Source: Candidatus Rifleibacteriota bacterium (GTDB taxonomy: Bacteria > Muiribacteriota > Ozemobacteria > Ozemobacterales > Ozemobacteraceae). Taken from it: a DNA stretch of 21,002 bases. Location: the NCBI GenBank assembly GCA_051747585.1, contig JBNJGH010000001.1:60733-81734 (forward strand), written 5' to 3'. The position numbers were made by a program, and so were the translations under genes. Positions within the stretch are counted from its first letter, which is position 1. Each line of letters begins with the position of its first letter. Under the pieces are notes generated by a model, which was not told the origin of the DNA, made no database searches, and worked only from the letters and a program-made list of their open reading frames with translations. This document shows, in pieces, positions 1 through 6,576 of this stretch.

Positions 1-1646
1 CTAACGGGAAGGCTTATTTTGAAAGTAGTGCCTTCGTTTATGGTAGAAGAAACTTTTAGCAGGGCAGCATGGTTCTCGCATATATCTTTTACCATACTCA
101 GACCCATTCCTGTGCCCTTTTCACCTTTAGTTGAATAGAAAGCTTTAAAGCACTCCTGCTGAGTTTTCTGATCCATTCCATGGCCTGTGTCTGAAATAAG
201 TATATGAACCAGGCATCCATCATGGTAGGTTTTTATGTTGATTTTACCCCCATCCGGCATGGCATCGACTGCGTTAAAAATAAGATTTACCAACATTTCT
301 CTAATTTCGTTTTTATAAATCTCAACTTTTGGTATGTTGCCTGCTTCAAAATCAAAATCGATTTCAACACCTCTCTGCTGAGGCTGCTCTTTCCATTTAG
401 GCGAGGTAAGGCTTTTTATTTTGGCAATTAATTCATTGATATCCTCACTGCTTTTTTCGGTTTTTCTGTCACTGTTGCGATAGAACGAGCGCATTCTTTT
501 TACCAGTTCTTGACCGTCTTGTCCGGCTTCTTTAATAGTTGCAAGGTAATCTTTTACAGTTTCATGGTCGTTTTGTAAGTTCTCATCTGAAAGAATCAGA
601 TCGGAAAAGCCGCATATAGGCATCAGCACGTTGTTAAAGTCATGAGCTATTCCGCTTGCCATTTGCCCTAAAGCGTTGAGTTTTTCCTGGGTAACCGCTT
701 TTTTGTGCGCTGCTTTAAGTTCATTGAGTGTATTTTTAAGCTTGAGGTTGCTTTGTTTAAGTTCATAGGTTCGCTTGTTGAGACGATGTTTAAAAAGGGC
801 AATAATCAGGCCTCCAATAATCAGCAGGCTGACAAGTATTTTGACTGCCATAATAAGGTTCTCGGGGATATCTTGGCTGGTTTCGCCATCTAGCTGTTTT
901 GCAAGACTTTGGTAGTAGAATGAATTTGTGTCTTTTTTCCAGGCTTTTAAATATTGGTCAATGGTTTCAAGTATTTTAGAGTTTTTGCCTTTTGGGGTTG
1001 CAAAATGAAGGCTTTTGGGGTTAAAGATTAAAGAAGTTTCTTTTACGCCATAAGCTGGTCCCATTTTTTTTCCGGTAAATCGGTTTGAAAGCAATAACTC
1101 GGCTTGTTTGTTTTTAACCTTTTCGAAAAGCTGTTTGTAGTCGTTTGCAGTAACGAATGATATTTCTTGATCGAGATTTCTTTGCAGGTTCTTGAGATAG
1201 GCAAGTTGAATGGATTTATCGAGAACCGCAATTTTAACATTTTTTAAATCCAGTATGCTGGTCAACTTTTCGTTTGTACCGGAAAAAATTTGAAACCAGT
1301 CTGAAACAACGGTTTCTTTGTTCAGTTCGTAAATTTCGCTGCGTTTTTGTGAATATGCTACATCTGGTAATAAGTCTATTTCAGCATTCTTCAACGCTTC
1401 GAGTAACGCAGGCCAGCTTTTATGTTTAAATTCGAGCTTCCAGTTTTCCTGCCTGGCGATTTCCTTCAGCAGGTTAACAAAAAATCCATCAGGTTCGTTA
1501 TTTTCATTTAAAAATAACTTGGGTGGATTATCGTAAATGCCTACGGTTAGCTTTGTTGGTGCGGTGGCTGAAAGGCTTTGTGTACATAGGCAACAGAAAG
1601 AAATTAGTAAAATAAAAAAAAGTCTATTGTGACTGCCTTTTGACAT
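1..1646 (-). CDS. Sensor histidine kinase with N-terminal extracytoplasmic solute-binding (SBP family 3-like) domain; 3' end outside the window
   Basis: Manual translation from ATG 1646 (SD-like AGAGGA upstream) stays open to position 1. N-terminus MSKGSHNRLFFILLISFCC is signal-like; SBP-type LTVGIYDNPPKLF..PDGFFVNLLKEIA; one TM (ILVSLLIIGGLIIALF); H-box GIAHDFNN; N-box NLIFNAVDAM; G1 SDTGHGM; F FYSTK; G2 GTGMGL. Confidence 0.93.
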   Translation of the reverse strand, partial: MSKGSHNRLFFILLISFCCLCTQSLSATAPTKLTVGIYDNPPKLFLNENNEPDGFFVNLLKEIARQENWKLEFKHKSWPALLEALKNAEIDLLPDVAYSQKRSEIYELNKETVVSDWFQIFSGTNEKLTSILDLKNVKIAVLDKSIQLAYLKNLQRNLDQEISFVTANDYKQLFEKVKNKQAELLLSNRFTGKKMGPAYGVKETSLIFNPKSLHFATPKGKNSKILETIDQYLKAWKKDTNSFYYQSLAKQLDGETSQDIPENLIMAVKILVSLLIIGGLIIALFKHRLNKRTYELKQSNLKLKNTLNELKAAHKKAVTQEKLNALGQMASGIAHDFNNVLMPICGFSDLILSDENLQNDHETVKDYLATIKEAGQDGQELVKRMRSFYRNSDRKTEKSSEDINELIAKIKSLTSPKWKEQPQQRGVEIDFDFEAGNIPKVEIYKNEIREMLVNLIFNAVDAMPDGGKINIKTYHDGCLVHILISDTGHGMDQKTQQECFKAFYSTKGEKGTGMGLSMVKDICENHAALLKVSSTINEGTTFKISLPV

Positions 1647-1681
1647 CAAAAAATCCTCTACTTTATCTTTATCCTCTTTTA

Positions 1682-1711
1682 ATCTTAGCTAGCTTTAGCG
1701 GGCCATGTCAA
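1682..1711 (-). promoter_or_regulatory. Putative sigma-70 promoter of the histidine kinase gene
   Basis: Minus strand TTGACA (1711-1706), 18-nt spacer, TAAGAT (1687-1682), 36 nt upstream of ATG 1646. Confidence 0.55.
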
Positions 1712-1734
1712 ATATATTTCGGCTTTTCAGCAAT
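1711..1734 (+). repeat. 24-bp direct repeat, copy 1
   Basis: AATATATTTCGGCTTTTCAGCAAT; 22/24 identical to 2091-2114, last 16 bp identical. Confidence 0.85.
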
Positions 1735-1808
1735 CCTCGGTATGCGACTATCAGTTGGTTTTAGAAAAGAAAATTTCTCACACGAAGTCTCAAAGCCACA
1801 AAGAAAAT

Positions 1809-2020
1809 AACCACAGAGTTCACAGAGCAGCACAGAGAATCTTTTTCAGCCTTGTTCCCGTCATAAGCAAGCTCTAAGAAAAGCACCAGTGCTTTTCTTA
1901 GAGCTTGCTTATGACGGGAAAGCCGGCGACAAAAAGTCGCCGGCTGATTGTCCCCCCGGACAATCCACGGCTGAAAAAGATAAAAAAATCCACTCGGTGG
2001 CCTCGGTGATCTCGGTGGTT
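1809..2020. repeat. Composite palindromic element (REP/MITE-like): heptamer-repeat outer arms enclosing a four-way junction
   Basis: Outer arms 3xCACAGAG (1812,1821,1831) and 3xCTCGGTG (1993,2002,2011); closing stem 1839-1854/1966-1981 (15/16); perfect hairpins 1855-1920 (32 bp), 1921-1945 (10 bp), 1946-1965 (8 bp). Confidence 0.85.
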
Positions 2021-2090
2021 TAAATTCTATATTTGACAGAAAGAAATAAAACCAAAAATTTTGGTAATCAGCTAATAATAATTGACCGAG

Positions 2091-2114
2091 AATATCTGTC
2101 GGCTTTTCAGCAAT
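2091..2114 (+). repeat. 24-bp direct repeat, copy 2
   Basis: AATATCTGTCGGCTTTTCAGCAAT, exactly 380 bp after copy 1. Confidence 0.85.
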
Positions 2115-2118
2115 TTTT

Positions 2119-2153
2119 CATTTGTTTGTTGAAACGGTTTCAACAAACAAATG
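2119..2153. repeat. Perfect 17-bp inverted repeat (operator or hairpin)
   Basis: CATTTGTTTGTTGAAAC-G-GTTTCAACAAACAAATG. Confidence 0.8.
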
Positions 2154-2242
2154 GATAATTACTGAGAATAACTTGTGTTTTGTTGCAGATGCTTTCGGAT
2201 TTAAGATACCATGTTATACAAGTGTTCTGTATGGAGGATAAA

Positions 2243-3370
2243 ATGTATAAAAATATAAGCATTCTGCTGGTTTGTTTTGCCTTGATATCTGTTACAGTTT
2301 CGGGTCAGCAGACATTGCCTGCTAAGCAGGGTGGCGACGGTAGCAGTTTTATTACCCCGGTAAATATAAAACCCCTGACTCTCGATGAGTTGATAAGAAA
2401 GCGCGGTTTTCTTATCGATAAGCCACCTAAAAATATAATTATTTTTTATGGTTCGGGATTTACCGGTGAAGCCGGTGCCATGTTCAGAGAAATTAAAAAG
2501 AAAAAACATGAAATAGATAGAATGGAAAGTATGCAGCTGGTTTTACCTGAAATCAGAAAAAAACAGCTCTGTTTAAACCTTGGAGAAATTATCGAGCAAT
2601 CAGGAAAAGCATTAGGCCTTGTTTCTGACAATGATTTTAATTTCGCCGCTTCAAATCACTTTCTTGAATTCAAAACCGCCGATTTGTTTAAAGAAGCGGA
2701 TATTTCTTTTTCTTTGACTGATGAGAGTGACAAAGAAAAGCAGCTGAATATAGTTAAAAAATTCTGTAATCGCACGATTGAATTTGCTTCTGATCGAAAA
2801 GACCTGGACCGCTTATTCTCTGGAAAAGCAGAAAAAATTACAGGTTGTTTCAAAAGAAACGATCCGGGAAAATTCACCCCTGCCGATGAGGCCCAACCAT
2901 TTTTTGATGAACTTGTTACTGCTGCAATCAGTAGACTTGCAGTAGAAAAGAATGGTTTTGTTCTTCTCGTAGATGCCGGTTGTGCAACTAAGTCCCGAAA
3001 TAAGCAAGATTTTGCGCAGATGTTCGCTCATTTGAGAATTCAGGAAAAAGTAATGCATCAGATTAATTATTTTGTGTCTGGTAATGATAATACTCTTTTT
3101 CTCGTGATCGATAAGTATTCTGACGGTTATTACAAATTTAGCGAAAATTTTGATGTTAGCAGGTTTGAGGCGGACAAAAAAAACGCTGACCAGGAAATGG
3201 AATTAGCTTTTATACGTAGGAAGCCGGAAAGAATTCAACCTGGCTTCATGGTTTTCTCGAGGGGCAAAGGAGCCGAATTACTTGATGGAATGGTAACTTA
3301 TAAGAATTTTTTGAAGAGAGCCGGGGTTGTTGCCGGCTATAAAGATAAAAACAGCTCGTTGGAGGAATAA
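2243..3370 (+). CDS. Secreted alkaline-phosphatase-fold protein, probably catalytically inactive
   Basis: GGAGG at 2233-2237 favours ATG 2243 over TTG 2180; signal peptide MYKNISILLVCFALISVTVSG; PhoA-like blocks in the expected order (PKNIIIFYGSG, GKALGLVS, NGFVLLVDAG, NTLFLVIDKY, VFSRGKGAELLDG) with metal ligands substituted. Confidence 0.7.
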   Translation: MYKNISILLVCFALISVTVSGQQTLPAKQGGDGSSFITPVNIKPLTLDELIRKRGFLIDKPPKNIIIFYGSGFTGEAGAMFREIKKKKHEIDRMESMQLVLPEIRKKQLCLNLGEIIEQSGKALGLVSDNDFNFAASNHFLEFKTADLFKEADISFSLTDESDKEKQLNIVKKFCNRTIEFASDRKDLDRLFSGKAEKITGCFKRNDPGKFTPADEAQPFFDELVTAAISRLAVEKNGFVLLVDAGCATKSRNKQDFAQMFAHLRIQEKVMHQINYFVSGNDNTLFLVIDKYSDGYYKFSENFDVSRFEADKKNADQEMELAFIRRKPERIQPGFMVFSRGKGAELLDGMVTYKNFLKRAGVVAGYKDKNSSLEE

Positions 3371-5278
3371 ATGACGTTATTTGCGCAGCTTTTTAATTCT
3401 TCATTTGAAGAAAATTGTCATATAGTAGAACTGAACCAGTTACCCGAGGAGCTTAAAAAGTATCCGGAAGGGCTTTATCGGACTCCATTTTTTTTAGAAA
3501 CAGATGATCCTGAAGCATTCAAGAACCTTGCAAAGGGGCAGAAAGTTGCCCATGCAGGCCCATTAAATCTTGTTTTTGCTGTCCGACGTGCTAATGATAT
3601 CTTACTTGAAGGATGCGATTACCAGGATCTAAAAATAGAAATAGAAACCGGCGGAAGAAAATTGCCACAGTTGCCTGGTACAAATGAGTTGCGACGTTTG
3701 CTGGGGCAAAACGACTGTTTGATTTACATTAACGATGCTCCTTATAAGCCTTCCAGTGAGGTTTTTGGCTTTCAGCAGGTATACGACGACTCTGTAAGCT
3801 GCATCGATGAATTAAAAAAGCTCGGAGTGCCTCAGGAAGCTATGGCAATTTTTGCAACTCCCGAAGAAATATCTATTGAAATACATCCTGGTATTACAGG
3901 GTTTAATGGCAGTGAAAACTTAAGTGATCTTTATTACAGACTGCTGTGCCGAGTCGGTGGAATTACGGATAATAACAACAAACCGAGCAAAAACAGCATT
4001 AAAACTTTAGTGTTGCAGAGTTGTTTGCCTGATTATCAGTCCCTGATTCCGGGTAGTACTCACCCTCGCTTACATAGAACCAAGGTTGGAGTCGGGCCAT
4101 CGCACTTTGCCTATGGTGTTGCAGCTTTTTCTGATTTTTGTGCTAAGAAACGATCGATTCAGGAATGTCTGCAGGAGATTCTGAACTGGCTGAAATTTAT
4201 TAACTCAGAATTGCCACCGGTTGAGGGGCTTGGCGAAAAAATCAGCAGTTTACCGGAGTTCCCGCTACCGGGGCTTGGTAAACAGGGAAAAGGGGGTTCC
4301 GCAGCTGGAAGCAGCGGTCATAGCGGTCGCTTTATTCCTTTGAAAGAAGAGCTGGCGGGTGCAGATGAATGTTATCAGCTTGAAACACCGACAATAAAAA
4401 CTATAAGCACCGGCCTGGATAAATGCCTGGGCGGCGGCTGGGTAAATCCCGGAGTTCATTTGATTGTCGGACCCTCCGGCGCAGGCAAGGCTTCGCTGCT
4501 TGTACAGCAGGCGCTTAAGGCGTCTTCTGAGGCTTCGGTACTTTATGTCTCTTATGAGCACAGTCTTAGAGAATTTGCTCTGAGAGCTTCTCTGTCAGGT
4601 AAAAAGGTTAATATGAGTGATCTTCTCGGTGTGGTCGGGCTTAAAGATAAAAATGGCCAGGATGCAAGAAAAGCAATGGCTTCGGCAATAGAGAAGTTCA
4701 GGGCCGAGATTGGCGAAAACTTTTTTTTCAGCGGTGCTGAAACCTTGAGGTCTGAATTGGAAACAGATGAGATTGCAGAGCTTACCAGAATGTTGCCACC
4801 AAGCGACAATAAATTGATAATTCTTGAATCGGTAAACTCTGAGCTTCTGGGAGCGGATCCTTCAGCTAAGTTGCAGCGTTTAAGGCAGATTGCAGACGAA
4901 GAGAAATTAACGATATTAGTTTCGCTTCATCAACAAATGCTGTGTGGTAAAAGACCTCATTTTGTCGAAGGCGAAGATCTGGATTTGCTCGATAAATACC
5001 AGCGTCATTCAGATTCTTTGCTGGTATGTTTGAGTGAAAAGCTCAATTTAAGGCGTTTTGTTGCTATGGTAAAAGGGCAGATTGATGCAGGGCTGGTTGG
5101 AAAACTTGAACAGAAGGCTTTACAGTTATCCGGCGGCAAAAGGCTTAAATCTGATACCTACAGCCTGCTGCGCTTGATTCACTCAAGATATGGTCGCAGA
5201 GAGCTTTTATTGTTTTTATATCAGCCAGATTTTGTTAAAATGTACGAAATCGCTTCAATTACTCTTAACAGGATATGA
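3371..5278 (+). CDS. Two-domain protein: degenerate AEP primase-like N-terminal domain + DnaB/RecA-fold P-loop ATPase domain
   Basis: SD GGAGG at 3361; starts immediately after the upstream TAA. C-half: STGLDKCLGGG, Walker A GPSGAGKA (4469-4492), VLYVSYE, Walker B LIILES, HSRYG. N-half resembles the AEP PrimPol pattern without catalytic residues. A Gly/Ser-rich linker separates the halves. Confidence 0.7.
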   Translation: MTLFAQLFNSSFEENCHIVELNQLPEELKKYPEGLYRTPFFLETDDPEAFKNLAKGQKVAHAGPLNLVFAVRRANDILLEGCDYQDLKIEIETGGRKLPQLPGTNELRRLLGQNDCLIYINDAPYKPSSEVFGFQQVYDDSVSCIDELKKLGVPQEAMAIFATPEEISIEIHPGITGFNGSENLSDLYYRLLCRVGGITDNNNKPSKNSIKTLVLQSCLPDYQSLIPGSTHPRLHRTKVGVGPSHFAYGVAAFSDFCAKKRSIQECLQEILNWLKFINSELPPVEGLGEKISSLPEFPLPGLGKQGKGGSAAGSSGHSGRFIPLKEELAGADECYQLETPTIKTISTGLDKCLGGGWVNPGVHLIVGPSGAGKASLLVQQALKASSEASVLYVSYEHSLREFALRASLSGKKVNMSDLLGVVGLKDKNGQDARKAMASAIEKFRAEIGENFFFSGAETLRSELETDEIAELTRMLPPSDNKLIILESVNSELLGADPSAKLQRLRQIADEEKLTILVSLHQQMLCGKRPHFVEGEDLDLLDKYQRHSDSLLVCLSEKLNLRRFVAMVKGQIDAGLVGKLEQKALQLSGGKRLKSDTYSLLRLIHSRYGRRELLLFLYQPDFVKMYEIASITLNRI

Positions 5279-5568
5279 GCATGAAAAAATTTCTTATTTA
5301 CAATTGTAAAGCACATGGAAGAGTTCAGGGGGTCGGTTTCAGGAGCTTAGTGTCAAAACTGGCTCATAAGCATCATATTTCAGGATGGGTAAGGAATAAT
5401 AGAGACGGTTCGGTATCCATAGAGGCCAGAGGCCCCGAAGAAACAGTGAGAAGCTTCCTCGATGAAGTTAAAAGAGGCAACTTTATTGCCAGAGTTGATG
5501 AGCTTGAGGAAATAGAATCATCAATGACCGAAGATGAGCCTGCACCAGGTTTTTCAATAGCTTTTTAA
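5275..5568 (+). CDS. acyP: Acylphosphatase
   Basis: GRVQGVGFR and GWVRN signature motifs; 97 aa; ATGA overlap with the upstream stop (alternative ATG at 5281). Confidence 0.95.
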   Translation: MSMKKFLIYNCKAHGRVQGVGFRSLVSKLAHKHHISGWVRNNRDGSVSIEARGPEETVRSFLDEVKRGNFIARVDELEEIESSMTEDEPAPGFSIAF

Positions 5569-5828
5569 TTCAAAAAGGTACGCTTATCGATCTTTTTCAA
5601 TGATTCTCTGACCGCTTCTTTTACCCGATAGTTAGGGTCGTCTTTGTGAAGAAGAAGAATGCGTACCGCTTCGGCTGTGGCAACATCACCAAGTTTTTTT
5701 GCTGCTTTTATGCGAACTTTAACGTCGTCAGATTTTAAATCTTTTGCGCATTTAGCTTCAATCGCCTTGCCGATGCAGCCTGTAAAAAAAATAGAAAAAA
5801 TGCAGAACAGAAAGAAAAGCTTTTTCAT
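5565..5828 (-). CDS. Small lipoprotein with HEAT/PBS-like repeats
   Basis: GGAGG SD (5837-5833) before ATG 5828; MKK + hydrophobic stretch + FTGC lipobox; D..VRIKAAKKLG and DPNYRVKEAVRESL HEAT-like units; TTAA overlap with the convergent acyP stop. Confidence 0.8.
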   Translation of the reverse strand: MKKLFFLFCIFSIFFTGCIGKAIEAKCAKDLKSDDVKVRIKAAKKLGDVATAEAVRILLLHKDDPNYRVKEAVRESLKKIDKRTFLN

Positions 5829-5844
5829 TATTCCTCCATAACAA

Positions 5845-6525
5845 TTAAGGATTAGAATCAATTATCGAAGTTTCAACCTTTTCTGCATTTGCTTCTGTAG
5901 TTAAATATTCGGCGAATTCATTTAAAATCGATTGTAATTGATCTTCGGGAGTTATATTGGCTGAGGTATAAATAAAGCCAATAATATTTTTTGAAGGTTC
6001 AAAGATTTTTGTTGTCTGAGAATCTTTTACCGGGCTGCCGATTGCAGACCTGTCGTCACCATGCCTGGCGATCAGCAAAAGCTTCTTAAGTGAAAGTAGC
6101 TGGCCCTCAGGGTTGAAAACATATTTTTCATCATCCAGCCCGAGTCTGACACAAAGACTGCTGCCAGCTTTGTCAAGATCCAGAATGCTGATGGGCAGAT
6201 GATATTTTAGTGAGATGTGGTTATTTATATCAACAACGTTGTTGATATAATTAAATTCTTTGCGGTTATTCAGGTCTTTAAAAAGATATTCTGAAGCCGG
6301 TCTGTTTCGTCCGGAAGGATGAAAACCAAAGCTTTTAAGCAGGTCTCTGATGCCTTTTTTTAAATGATCGGGGTATATGAAATCGTCTTTCAGCAGTTTT
6401 TCTACCAGAGAATCAATTTTATCTCGATAGGCCTCGGACGATGGTTTTACTTTAATGTTTAAAGCTTCGATAATGCCAAGTCTTAGCTTGCATGGAGGTA
6501 AAGATAGTATAATTTCTGAGTTCAT
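5845..6525 (-). CDS. Stand-alone B3/B4 domain protein (PheRS-beta editing-domain-like)
   Basis: GFHPSGRNRPASEYL and INNVVDINNHISLKYHLPISILDLDK match the B3/4 family pattern. Confidence 0.88.
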   Translation of the reverse strand: MNSEIILSLPPCKLRLGIIEALNIKVKPSSEAYRDKIDSLVEKLLKDDFIYPDHLKKGIRDLLKSFGFHPSGRNRPASEYLFKDLNNRKEFNYINNVVDINNHISLKYHLPISILDLDKAGSSLCVRLGLDDEKYVFNPEGQLLSLKKLLLIARHGDDRSAIGSPVKDSQTTKIFEPSKNIIGFIYTSANITPEDQLQSILNEFAEYLTTEANAEKVETSIIDSNP

Positions 6526-6576
6526 TTTAACTAACCTGTATTATTATTTCTTTTTTAGAATACCATAAAAAAATAC

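Noticed and set aside
204..1240. Short ORFs 204-431, 705-893 and 1043-1240
   Set aside because: They are shadows of the long minus-strand histidine kinase frame (1646 to the window edge).
1839..1981. Cloverleaf as a tRNA or as a terminator
   Set aside because: Arm lengths of 16/32/10/8 bp, no T-loop, D-loop or CCA features; it lies between divergent genes and lacks a U-tract after the hairpins.
1711..2114. GCCGA within the 24-bp repeats as sigma-28 -10 boxes on the minus strand
   Set aside because: Neither copy has TAAA 15 nt upstream.
2119..2153. GTTGAAAC/GTTTCAAC resembling CRISPR repeat ends
   Set aside because: Single palindrome with no repeat-spacer periodicity and no cas genes.
2180..2242. 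TTG start at 2180 (and likewise the 5861 start for the HEAT lipoprotein)
   Set aside because: Downstream ATGs (2243; 5828) have GGAGG SDs and place the signal peptides at the N-terminus.
3371..5278. Calling the ATPase radA, kaiC or dnaB
   Set aside because: No RadA zinc finger or KNRFG, only one ATPase domain, no DnaB N-terminal domain, and degenerate Walker motifs; no symbol assigned.
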